Of a DNA stretch of 64,000 bases, positions 9,126 to 17,918 are shown piece by piece. Origin of the DNA: a virus; the IMG/VR virus record IMGVR_UViG_3300045988_183585, positions 1 to 64,000 of that record; one strand, given 5' to 3'. Numbering within the stretch: position 1 is the first letter of the stretch; the number at the start of each line of letters is the position of its first letter. A model generated the notes under the pieces. The model was not told the DNA's origin. It made no database searches and saw only the letters and a list, made by a program, of their open reading frames with translations. Made by a program: the position numbers and the translations under genes.

Positions 9126-11423
9126 ATGGAAAGGTCGTGTTCTCACATTAAACTAATACTGGCTGAGAAGAAACAGCTTGGTGATTTGATTGCTCAAGCT
9201 ATCCCCGGCACGGCACGTTCCGACCGTGGCGCTACCGTAAAAGGTGAGTATGTCATCGTGTGTTCTCAGGGACACCTATTGTCTTTGAAAGAACCTGAAG
9301 ATTACGATGCCGCTTTTGGTAAGTGGGATTTGTCTGCACTGCCCATATACTTTCCCAACTGGCAGGCCAAAATCAAAGAATATAATGGCAGGGGAGTGAA
9401 CCCCAATGAGCGCGTTGCCCGCATTGGCGAGCTGCTAAAACAGTGTAGCTGTGTTATACACGCTGGCGACCCTGACGAAGAGGGACAGCTCCTTATTGAT
9501 GAACTGCTTCGCTGGCATCACTATCGAGGGCCTGTCTACCGTCTGGCGACAGGTGACACATCCATTCCTGCGTTGCAGCGTGCGCTCAATAACCTCAAAG
9601 ATAACCGTTCCTTTGAGAACATGGGGTGGTCTGCCTATGCCCGCAGCGTTGCGGACCTGATGGTTGGCGTCAATATGAGCCGCTATTATTCTTTGGTCAA
9701 TAATGCTTCGCTGACGGTTGGCCGTGTGCAGTCCCCGACGCTGGGGCTCGTGGTAGAGCGTGATAAGCTCATTGAGAACCACGTAAAGACGAAATACTAT
9801 GAAGTCATGGCAAACACCTCCGTTGCGGGTAAAGTCATTGAAGCGAAGTACAAGCCAAAGAAGGATGACCCTCATCTGGCCGACGGGCTTATCTTGGATA
9901 AGCCTTACGCAGAGAGTAAGGCTGCGATGGTTGCGGGAAAGCAGTTCTCTGGAGCGACTATCACGAAGAAGGTCTCCAAAGAGCAGCCGCCGCTGCCGTT
10001 CGATATGTTGGAATTGCAGGGCTACTGTCTGAAGAACTTCGGCTATAAGCTGGATGACACAATGGAAATCACACAGTCCTTGCGTGATAACTATAATGCC
10101 ATTACCTACAACAGAACTCAGGTGCGCTACCTCCCCGAAAACTACTTTGCGGAAGCACCTGCCACGTCCCGTACTGTCATCGCAAACATCAACACGGTAG
10201 GGAAGGGCAACTTCAATCCCATTCAGGGCATGGACTTCAAGACGAAGGGCCGCTGCTTCGATGACTCTAAAATCGAAGCCCATTTTGGAATCATCCCTCA
10301 GAATGTAAGCCTCGACCTCAATAAGATGACGGAGCGGGAACGGAACGTATATCTTGCAATCTGCAAGTATTACCTTATCCAGTTCTTCCCGCCTGCCGAG
10401 AAGGAAACTACAAAGCTGGCCGTTCCCCTGCCGGACGGCGCCACATTGGAGGCTTCCAGCACTGGCGTCCTGAAGCCCGGTTATCTGGTGATGATGCGCG
10501 AGGGTGTTGATACACCTACGGCATTGAGTATGATACCTGCCGGCAGCTACGACGCCTTTGTTTCTGATGCTCAGGTTTTGGAGAAGGAGACCAATCCGCC
10601 TCCGCGTTATACCCAGTACACGCTGGCGAAGGACATGAGCCGTATCGCCAAATATGTGACCGACCCTTTCATCAAAAGCACGCTTCTCAAGAAAGATGCT
10701 GACGTGGAGGAGAATAACGGTGCCATCGGAACCAGTGCGACCCGCGACCAGATAATCTCCGGACTTATCTCCAGAGGTTTTTTACAGGAAAAAGGGAAGT
10801 CCCTTATCTCGACACCTCTCGGACGCGAGCTGTATCGCATTCTTCCTGACGCTCTTCGTGGTCCTGACCTTACCGCTTTGTGGTGGGTCATTCAGGAAGA
10901 GATACATGAGGGGAAGGCAACACCGGAAAAGCTGGAACAGAACGTTCTCGCTATGCTCAAGGATTTCTTGCAGCAGCCGCATCCGAAAGTTGACCCCAGC
11001 ATTATCCCGACTCGAAAGGGCTATACACCGATTGGTGTGTGTCCCCGCTGTGGCGGGAACATCATCGAAGGAAAGATTGGCTTCGGTTGCTCCAACTGGA
11101 AAAACGGTTGTAAGTTTACCATCTGGAAGAAGCCCAAACCTTCACTGTTCCAGCACATTACCTTTACCGAGAAGGATGTCAAGAACTTTCTCGACGGCAA
11201 GCCCGTCCACAAGACGAAGCTGACCAAGAAGGACGGCGGCACGTTCGCCGCAGACCTCGTGATGGATGATAGCCAGCGCAGCGATTGGGGACCGAACTTC
11301 ACGCTTCAGTTCAACAATACCAAGCCTGCAGGTACGTCCTCGCGTTCTGGCAGCGGCAGCCGTTCCGGTAGCCGCAGCACATCGCGCAGCAGCTCTCGTG
11401 GCCGGCGTTCCGGTCGTAGGTAA
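9126..11423 (+). CDS. topB: DNA topoisomerase III (type IA) with C-terminal zinc ribbon and SR/RGG-rich tail
   Basis: Toprim KLILAEKK. Motifs HAGDPDEEGQ and GRVQSPTL (the topo IA signature). C-terminal CPRCGG..GCSNW..GC. The tail is SSRSGSGSRSGSRSTSRSSSRGRRSGRR. Confidence 0.85.
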   Translation: MERSCSHIKLILAEKKQLGDLIAQAIPGTARSDRGATVKGEYVIVCSQGHLLSLKEPEDYDAAFGKWDLSALPIYFPNWQAKIKEYNGRGVNPNERVARIGELLKQCSCVIHAGDPDEEGQLLIDELLRWHHYRGPVYRLATGDTSIPALQRALNNLKDNRSFENMGWSAYARSVADLMVGVNMSRYYSLVNNASLTVGRVQSPTLGLVVERDKLIENHVKTKYYEVMANTSVAGKVIEAKYKPKKDDPHLADGLILDKPYAESKAAMVAGKQFSGATITKKVSKEQPPLPFDMLELQGYCLKNFGYKLDDTMEITQSLRDNYNAITYNRTQVRYLPENYFAEAPATSRTVIANINTVGKGNFNPIQGMDFKTKGRCFDDSKIEAHFGIIPQNVSLDLNKMTERERNVYLAICKYYLIQFFPPAEKETTKLAVPLPDGATLEASSTGVLKPGYLVMMREGVDTPTALSMIPAGSYDAFVSDAQVLEKETNPPPRYTQYTLAKDMSRIAKYVTDPFIKSTLLKKDADVEENNGAIGTSATRDQIISGLISRGFLQEKGKSLISTPLGRELYRILPDALRGPDLTALWWVIQEEIHEGKATPEKLEQNVLAMLKDFLQQPHPKVDPSIIPTRKGYTPIGVCPRCGGNIIEGKIGFGCSNWKNGCKFTIWKKPKPSLFQHITFTEKDVKNFLDGKPVHKTKLTKKDGGTFAADLVMDDSQRSDWGPNFTLQFNNTKPAGTSSRSGSGSRSGSRSTSRSSSRGRRSGRR

Positions 11424-11461
11424 TCTGCGTTCCTATCAATGCTGTATCGTCATATCGTGAT

Positions 11462-11500
11462 TGACATTCTATCATACTTTGTGGTATAGTACAAGTGTTC
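11462..11500 (+). promoter_or_regulatory. promoter (TTGACA - 18 nt - TGnTATAGT)
   Basis: gtgattgacattctatcatactttgtggtatagt upstream of the hydrolase gene. Confidence 0.5.
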
Positions 11501-11520
11501 CAATTAACAAAAATTCACCA

Positions 11521-11534
11521 GAACATTTGTTCAA
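11521..11534 (+). promoter_or_regulatory. candidate LexA/DinR (Cheo) box
   Basis: GAACATTTGTTC fits the Firmicutes SOS box GAAC-N4-GTTC, just downstream of the promoter. Confidence 0.45.
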
Positions 11535-11624
11535 GATGCTTGTTATTTTCCTGCAATTTTCGATAGGAATAACAAGATTCTTGTTATTGTGCTGTACCCC
11601 GTCCTCTTTTATAGGAGGTGAACT

Positions 11625-12173
11625 ATGGACGGGCGAACCCATACTTTTGCCGGTTACACGGCTGGCCTGCTGCTTGTGCAGGCACAAATCAACGGATTGT
11701 TCGAGCTTCCGGCGCCGGAGGGGTTACTTCCGGCCCTCGGAGTGGTCGGGCTGTCCATGGCAGGCTCTCTCGCGCCTGACATCGACCTTCCGTGCAGCAA
11801 GGCGGGGCGTAAGAATAAACCCGTCTCCGCTGCCGTAAACGCCCTCTTTGGGCATAGGGGTATCACTCATGCTCCTTTCATTTGGGCGGCCTTGTACGCA
11901 GCCCTGAGGCTGTTTCTGGGCATTGAATGGCTGCCCTATATCCTCGCGTTTGTAATTGGTGGAGCAACTCATATCTTGCTCGACCTTTTCAACAAAGCCG
12001 GCGTTCCTCTTCTTTGGCCGATTTCCCACCGCTTCTGGATTTTCGGCATCAAGACCGATGGTGCATCTGGACATACTTTCTCGTTCATTTTGGCGTGTGT
12101 TGCCATTCTCTGTACTGTCAGTTTTGTCTACGAGTCCGGCGATTTTTTCAAGGAGGCGATTAGATTTGTGTGA
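11625..12173 (+). CDS. membrane-bound metal-dependent hydrolase (YdjM/DUF457-like)
   Basis: HRGITHA and GATHILLDLF motifs; multiple TM segments. Members of this family are SOS-regulated in other bacteria. Confidence 0.55.
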   Translation: MDGRTHTFAGYTAGLLLVQAQINGLFELPAPEGLLPALGVVGLSMAGSLAPDIDLPCSKAGRKNKPVSAAVNALFGHRGITHAPFIWAALYAALRLFLGIEWLPYILAFVIGGATHILLDLFNKAGVPLLWPISHRFWIFGIKTDGASGHTFSFILACVAILCTVSFVYESGDFFKEAIRFV

Positions 12174-12222
12174 GTCAACAAATGATACACGTAAGTCAGA
12201 AAACGTGCAGTGGGGCGAGCGC

Positions 12223-12873
12223 ATGGCGACCTATGTAGGTCTTATGAGGTGGAACGGCTACTCTGTTCAGGAGATTGCCGAAAATCTCAACATCTCTCGC
12301 CAGCAGGTGTATCTGCACCTGCAGAAAATTCCCTTTCCCAACGAGAAGGCAAGGCGGTATCCCCGTCCTGTTCTGGATGAGGAGCAGGTACGTGCTGTCA
12401 TCAGTTACTTTGCCACCAACAAAGATTCATCTGTCACCGCTGCTGCGGAGGCAACTGGAATTTCCCTGTCCGATGTTACGATGCTCTGCAACAACATTCG
12501 TGGCGCACACTCATGGTATTTCAGCGAAGGGTATCCCCTCATTGCGGATTATCTGAACAAGGAGGGAGTCACGCTGGATTATCTGGAGCAGCTTGCAGGC
12601 GTGCAGGGCCTTGCTCAGTATTTGTTCTCCACATACCCCTATAAGGAGATGCCCCAGTCCCGTGCAAAGGCAGTTGCGGCGGTTATCGACGTTCCTGTGG
12701 AGAAGATGATGGCAGTCGCATTTGCATCCTGCAACATGGCAAATGGAATGGCTACTCCTGAGGAAATGGCCTTGGTTATTGGTTCCGTGACTGGTCGTGA
12801 AGCGAATACTCGTCTGTTCTATCGCGGACGCCGCATCGCACCCTCGCGGTCTCGTATTGGAGGTGATGCATAA
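12223..12873 (+). CDS. HTH-domain hypothetical protein
   Basis: YSVQEIAENLNISRQQVYLHLQK is a helix-turn-helix. The start is chosen at ATG 12223 (a GTG at 12205 is also possible). The longer track ORF overlaps the upstream gene. Confidence 0.5.
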   Translation: MATYVGLMRWNGYSVQEIAENLNISRQQVYLHLQKIPFPNEKARRYPRPVLDEEQVRAVISYFATNKDSSVTAAAEATGISLSDVTMLCNNIRGAHSWYFSEGYPLIADYLNKEGVTLDYLEQLAGVQGLAQYLFSTYPYKEMPQSRAKAVAAVIDVPVEKMMAVAFASCNMANGMATPEEMALVIGSVTGREANTRLFYRGRRIAPSRSRIGGDA

Positions 12874-13409
12874 TGTCCGACAAAAACTCCGTGTGCAATT
12901 ATGACGAGCACCTCGACGAAGAACACCCTTATCCCGCAGCTCTGCAGCAGATGACGACCAAAGGCCTGTTGATGGCTGGAGCTATTGCAGTCATTCTGAT
13001 TGCGACCCTCGTACTTCAGAAAACACATTTTGCATCCATGATTCCTTTTGCCTGTGCCATTCTTCTGCTGGCCGCATATGTGGTCTACACTGCACTGCAC
13101 CTGCGGACAGAATGGGAGAACGGTGATATCATCTGCCATGTGGCTACGTGCCGTTCTGTACGGTCGCGGAATTGGCCGCGTGACAGCAAGGAAGTCATCT
13201 TTGTGACTGGAGAGGACGAGGAACAGGAAGCTCATGTGTTCAATCTTCCTGACCGGAAGAACAAAGACCTGTTCCCCGGCTTCAAATATACCATCTACGT
13301 CCGCGCCAAAGATGCTACGCGCCTTCTGGCCTATCAGGAAATTTACGTTCCTGCGGATGCCAAGGATACCGAGGAAGTCAAAGCGGAACTGAACTCTCGT
13401 GACAACTAA
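12873..13409 (+). CDS. membrane hypothetical protein
   Basis: The ATG overlaps the upstream stop (TAATG). Two TM segments. Confidence 0.5.
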   Translation: MSDKNSVCNYDEHLDEEHPYPAALQQMTTKGLLMAGAIAVILIATLVLQKTHFASMIPFACAILLLAAYVVYTALHLRTEWENGDIICHVATCRSVRSRNWPRDSKEVIFVTGEDEEQEAHVFNLPDRKNKDLFPGFKYTIYVRAKDATRLLAYQEIYVPADAKDTEEVKAELNSRDN

Positions 13410-13411
13410 AC

Positions 13412-13440
13412 AGCCGGCCCTAAAGGGCCGGCTTTCTTCA
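13412..13440 (+). terminator. intrinsic terminator
   Basis: agccggccc taaa gggccggct followed by ttcttc. Confidence 0.6.
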
Positions 13441-13446
13441 AGCATA

Positions 13447-13478
13447 TAAAAGAAAAGCCCCCGCCGATAGGCGAGGGC
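13447..13478 (-). terminator. intrinsic terminator for the minus-strand gene
   Basis: GC hairpin (gaagccctcgcc / ggcgggggctt) plus a T-run on the minus strand. Confidence 0.5.
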
Positions 13479-13490
13479 TTCCGATTTGGC

Positions 13491-13943
13491 TTAATACAGT
13501 GTGTAGGGATTGGCGTTTTCGGGAGTCTCTGTAGGTTCATCGGCTTCCGCGATTTCCTCTGCGGATTCGCCGTCAGCGGTATCGTCCTCATCGGCATCGG
13601 AAGCCTCAGCGGTGTCCTCGACGGGTTCTGCTGCGGAAGTACCAACGCCCCAGTTGAGGATGGCTTCATCCTCGTCAGAAAGGGCGATACGCTGCTTTTC
13701 GGCGGTGTCACGAATTTTCTTGACCATCTTATCGCGGTAAGCCTTAATAGCGCCCTGAATACGGGTAGCAGCCTGTTCATCAACGACGATTGCGGGCTTC
13801 TTGCGGCTCTTTGCGGATACTGTAAAGGCGTTATCCTTTGCGGCAATATCCAGCATAGTATTGATGTCGGAAACGGCTTTCAGGCCGTCCGTGACCTGCT
13901 GGAGCGCCTGCTGCTGCTTAGAATCACTGATAATAGCGGGCAT
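13491..13943 (-). CDS. hypothetical protein with acidic C-terminus
   Basis: Start moved to MPAIISD. AGAAAGGAGAG RBS at the proper spacing. Confidence 0.55.
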   Translation of the reverse strand: MPAIISDSKQQQALQQVTDGLKAVSDINTMLDIAAKDNAFTVSAKSRKKPAIVVDEQAATRIQGAIKAYRDKMVKKIRDTAEKQRIALSDEDEAILNWGVGTSAAEPVEDTAEASDADEDDTADGESAEEIAEADEPTETPENANPYTLY

Positions 13944-13962
13944 ATTTGCTCTCCTTTCTCTT

Positions 13963-14652
13963 TTACGTCGCAGGAACTGTGGTGTCAACAGCACCGTCGG
14001 CGTTTTCGATGACCTCGCTCATATCGGCGAGGAAGTAGATGTCATTCTCAGCATCATAGTCGATGTGGGCAACGACTGTTCCCAGCTCTTCGCCAGTAAC
14101 CTTATCGCAGACCTTGATGGTCAGCGTTTCAGAACCGGAGTCGCCATCCACAAGACTGGAGTCCTGCCATGCCACCCCGTAGTTGTCTACGTCGTGATAG
14201 ACGGCATCCACACCCATGATGTCTTCATACCACTGGAAAGCAGCGATGCTGTTGGTATCCATGGCGGGGAAGTCGGCCAGCTTAACAGTGGCGAGTTCCA
14301 TCGGGGTAGAATACTGAGGGAACATCATGCGCTCGGCTTCGATATAGAAAACCGCGCCGTTGGGGTTGGAACAGGTGGGGTTCAGGTAGACGGCGTTGGA
14401 GCCTGCGTCCTTGTCGCCCATGCCCAGCGTGACCTCGTAGCCAGACTGCAGGGTGCAGGTCAGCTTCACGTCGTTGCGGTACTTTCCATCACCGATATAG
14501 CCCTTGGTATCCTCCATACCATCGGGAATAGGTTCGGGATTTTCCAGATTGTACTTCGGGTCGTCAGCGGGATTGTCTCCGTTCTTCTTTCCGCAGCCGG
14601 CGATAGTCAGCAGCATCAGCGCAGCCAGCACCAAGACAAGATACTTTTTCAT
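13963..14652 (-). CDS. lipoprotein
   Basis: Signal peptide MKKYLVLVLAALMLLTIAGC with lipobox. Confidence 0.65.
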   Translation of the reverse strand: MKKYLVLVLAALMLLTIAGCGKKNGDNPADDPKYNLENPEPIPDGMEDTKGYIGDGKYRNDVKLTCTLQSGYEVTLGMGDKDAGSNAVYLNPTCSNPNGAVFYIEAERMMFPQYSTPMELATVKLADFPAMDTNSIAAFQWYEDIMGVDAVYHDVDNYGVAWQDSSLVDGDSGSETLTIKVCDKVTGEELGTVVAHIDYDAENDIYFLADMSEVIENADGAVDTTVPAT

Positions 14653-14674
14653 GTTTTTGTCCTCCTCAAAACTT

Positions 14675-16168
14675 TTACTGCACAGGGTCAGTGTTCTGTA
14701 CGGTGTTATCTCCGCAGAGGATACGGTCTACGAACTGGCAGATGTTGAGCTGTGCGGCACGTTCGGGAGTGTTGGCTTCCAGTTCCTCCAGCAGCTCCAC
14801 GGTCGTTACTGTGCCGCTGGTGAGCGTCACATCAGCGCCCGTGACCATTGCTGCATCATACACGGTGGCAGCCTTCTCTGTCATACGGAAGCGTACGATG
14901 GTGGGAACCATCTTTGCAACACTGACATGGTTCTTCACATACTGGCTCAGTTCGCCCTGCGGGATAGCACCCAACTTGGCGTATACATCATACAACAGGG
15001 TGCCGTCGGAGTTCAAGAGGTCACTGACAACAGCTTTCAGCTTGATGGTCTCATGCCGACGATTATGCTCGTCTTTCTCGCTGATGGTGTACTCGATAGT
15101 GGGGTCATCTGCATACAGCTCCTCGCGGAGAGCGGCGTTGTTATCGTCCACAGTGCGGGTGATAGTGATGACCGCCTCACGACCGAACATCAGGAAACTG
15201 GTATCATCTTCCCACAGGTAATCGCGGACATCCTCGCCATCCTCAGCCAGCCAAGGATTTGCAGCAACGGAAGCTCCTGTAGTGCTGTTGACGCTGAACT
15301 GGTCGATACGAAGGATTTGACCGGCGCCGATATACTCGGTGGCATACTTCCCGACGACTGTGTTCGCCATTTCAACGTTGCACAACTTGGAGCCGATAGC
15401 TACAGCACAGTTGTAGACGTCAGCGGGAATGGTAGCCACGGCCAGATTGTCCTTGGAGAACTGCGTCCCCGGCAGGACATCGTCCGTGACCTGAATGACC
15501 TGAACACTGTCGCCGTGTACGTAAGACGTGGTAACAGTCGTACCATCGGAACGCTGAAGCACTGTGGGGTACTGATAGCCGATAGGCGTAGACCGGTTTG
15601 CCAAAATGGAATATACACAGAAAGCGATAGCTCCACAGGCGACTACAGCCACGACGGGCAGGACAACCTTCTTCATAAAACGCTTGAACGGGCTTACAGG
15701 CACCATACTGGTTCCAGCAGCATCACTGGCGGATACGGTAGGCTTACGCTTTTTCTTCTCCTCACGTTCCCGCTGCTTCTCGGCTTTCAGACGCTCCTCC
15801 TCCTGCCGCTTCAGCTCACGCCAGTCAGGGGCGTCAGCCGTACCTGAGGAGGGAGGCGTCGGTTCAGACTTCGGAGGTTCAGGCTTCTTTGCGGGCTCTT
15901 TCTTGGGAGGTTCCTTCTTTTCAGGGGGAGCAGGGGGAGGGTCATCTCCTCCATTGGTTGCGGGTACAACGATGGTCGTCTGCTTCTTTGCGCTGCCGAC
16001 ACGTCCGGTCAGCTTACCGTTATCGTCGCACTCATAGAAGCGACTGTTGGCATCATCGAAATATCCGGTGCAGACGTTGCCGGCGCCCAGCTTGAACTGA
16101 CGTTTGGGCAACTTGGTGATTTGTGCGACTTCCTCTGCAGTGAAAGTCCACGTGTTATCTCGTGCCAC
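14675..16168 (-). CDS. single-pass membrane protein with Pro/Lys-rich and charged coiled linker
   Basis: PPPAPPEKKEPPKK linker, TM VVLPVVAVVACGAIAFCVY, large extracytoplasmic domain. Confidence 0.6.
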   Translation of the reverse strand: MARDNTWTFTAEEVAQITKLPKRQFKLGAGNVCTGYFDDANSRFYECDDNGKLTGRVGSAKKQTTIVVPATNGGDDPPPAPPEKKEPPKKEPAKKPEPPKSEPTPPSSGTADAPDWRELKRQEEERLKAEKQREREEKKKRKPTVSASDAAGTSMVPVSPFKRFMKKVVLPVVAVVACGAIAFCVYSILANRSTPIGYQYPTVLQRSDGTTVTTSYVHGDSVQVIQVTDDVLPGTQFSKDNLAVATIPADVYNCAVAIGSKLCNVEMANTVVGKYATEYIGAGQILRIDQFSVNSTTGASVAANPWLAEDGEDVRDYLWEDDTSFLMFGREAVITITRTVDDNNAALREELYADDPTIEYTISEKDEHNRRHETIKLKAVVSDLLNSDGTLLYDVYAKLGAIPQGELSQYVKNHVSVAKMVPTIVRFRMTEKAATVYDAAMVTGADVTLTSGTVTTVELLEELEANTPERAAQLNICQFVDRILCGDNTVQNTDPVQ

Positions 16169-16195
16169 GGGTATCTACTTCCTTTCTTTCTGGTT

Positions 16196-16633
16196 TTACA
16201 TATTCTGACCGCCGTTGCTTCCAGCGGAGGGAAGAGGATTTTTCCGGAACGGGTCAGGGCCGGGGTAGGGGCCTTTGTACTCTGTGGGGTCAAAAGCCAA
16301 AATCGCATAGACGATAGCAGGGAACAGAGCCATCCAGAGTACCATTTTCGGCCTGTGGTAGCTGGTAAACCCCTGATAGTCCACACCAAACATGGATACG
16401 AACTTCACCCACGTTACGATGGTCAGGACGATGTTTACGATAGGCACCAGCATCAGCCACACGTAACGGGTATGTCCATAAGTGGAATAGAACAGGCAGA
16501 AGATATTGTAAATCGGCGTAAAGCCGGCCCAGATGGGATACCCTGCCTTCTTCAAAATGAATGCGTTGAGGAGGTAGATAACGATGATGTTACCTACGGT
16601 CCACACCGTTTTGAATTTTTCATAGCTGCTCAT
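16196..16633 (-). CDS. polytopic small membrane protein
   Basis: Four hydrophobic helices. Confidence 0.55.
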   Translation of the reverse strand: MSSYEKFKTVWTVGNIIVIYLLNAFILKKAGYPIWAGFTPIYNIFCLFYSTYGHTRYVWLMLVPIVNIVLTIVTWVKFVSMFGVDYQGFTSYHRPKMVLWMALFPAIVYAILAFDPTEYKGPYPGPDPFRKNPLPSAGSNGGQNM

Positions 16634-16663
16634 AGTAATTGTCCTTTCAATAGTTGGTTAAGT

Positions 16664-16897
16664 TTAGAATAGCGTGGTGAGCCAGCCGATGATTGTGTAG
16701 AAAATGTTGGGTACGAGGAAATACAGACCAGCCAGCACTGCAACGATGGTCAGCGCAATAGACAGTCCCTTCCTGACGACCTTACGTGCCACATACAGAG
16801 CGGCAATCAGTACCAGCAGGCTCACAATTTGCGAAGGTGTAAGTGACAAAACCCAGTCTCTTACAATTTCAAATTTTTTGACAAGTTTTTCAAGCAT
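16664..16897 (-). CDS. small membrane protein
   Basis: Start moved to MLEKLVKK. Two TM helices. Confidence 0.45.
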   Translation of the reverse strand: MLEKLVKKFEIVRDWVLSLTPSQIVSLLVLIAALYVARKVVRKGLSIALTIVAVLAGLYFLVPNIFYTIIGWLTTLF

Positions 16898-17100
16898 AAA
16901 TAAGCACCTCCGCTTGCAGGTATCTTTAAGGACAACATTCCCCAAATGCCCTTATTACCTGCATTTATTACATATTCTATATTACCACATTCGAACATAT
17001 TGTCAAGCAATTTAGCCTGAGTTGACTTGACATTTTTTTATATTCGTGTTATAGTAGAATCATAAAAACACCTCTTGCAGAAAGGACGAATTAGGACATT

Positions 17101-17892
17101 ATGGCTAAGAAACCAAAGAAGAAACAGACAAACATGAATGTCGTTCGCGGCTTGCTCGCCTTCTTGGTAGCAATCGCAGTGTTCTATGGTGCGAAGCTGA
17201 TTCCTCAGCTTACGAACACTGCCAATCCCGATACCAACCCTCCGTATAGCGATACGCAAGGGAGTACCCAGACAGGGTATTCGACGGAGTTCTCGTTGGA
17301 CGACATAGAGCCATTCAGCGGAGAGCCGTACACCGTTGTGAACGGTGATGTACCGTACTTCACCGAGGACGACATCACTACCGAGCCTTTCGAGCTGTTT
17401 ACTGACTTGGACGACCTCGGACGCTGCGGACCGGCCTACGCAAATGTGTGCCAAGAGCTGATGCCTACGGAAGAACGCGGGTCTATCGGTTCCGTGAAGC
17501 CGTCAGGCTGGCACCTGAACAAATACGACTGCGTGGATGGCAAGTACCTCTACAATCGTTGTCATCTGCTGGGCTATCAGCTTACCGGCGAGAACGCCAA
17601 CGTCAAGAACCTCATCACCGGAACCCGCTACCTCAATGTAACTGGTATGCTGCCGTTTGAAAACGAGATTGCTGATTATGTTCACGAGACAAACAACCAC
17701 GTTCTGTATCGTGTGACTCCCGTTTTTGAAGGCGACAACCTTGTGGCAAACGGCGTCTTGATGGAAGCTCTCTCCGTTGAGGATGATACCATCGAGTTCT
17801 GTGTGTTTTGCTACAACGTGCAGCCCGGTGTCAAGATTGATTACGGCACCGGCCTCAACTGGGCGGACGCGGAATACTCCGCTGAAAACTGA
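17101..17892 (+). CDS. membrane-anchored DNA/RNA non-specific endonuclease (EndA/DNA-entry-nuclease-like)
   Basis: N-terminal TM, then YNRCHLLGYQLTGENANVKNLITGTRYLNVTGMLPFE, resembling the active-site region of this nuclease family. Confidence 0.6.
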   Translation: MAKKPKKKQTNMNVVRGLLAFLVAIAVFYGAKLIPQLTNTANPDTNPPYSDTQGSTQTGYSTEFSLDDIEPFSGEPYTVVNGDVPYFTEDDITTEPFELFTDLDDLGRCGPAYANVCQELMPTEERGSIGSVKPSGWHLNKYDCVDGKYLYNRCHLLGYQLTGENANVKNLITGTRYLNVTGMLPFENEIADYVHETNNHVLYRVTPVFEGDNLVANGVLMEALSVEDDTIEFCVFCYNVQPGVKIDYGTGLNWADAEYSAEN

Positions 17893-17918
17893 CTATAAAG
17901 AACAAAGGAGAAAGAACT

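Noticed and set aside
11956-12873. 305-aa track ORF overlapping the YdjM-like gene
   Set aside because: The 5' part overlaps an upstream gene in another frame. The plausible gene starts at the internal ATG 12223.
14504-15847. 447-aa plus-strand ORF and several others antisense to minus-strand genes (26531-27703, 27914-28519, 47356-48765, 45217-46524, 30684-31745, 49711-50730)
   Set aside because: Shadow ORFs opposite well-supported genes in high-GC DNA. No RBS context.
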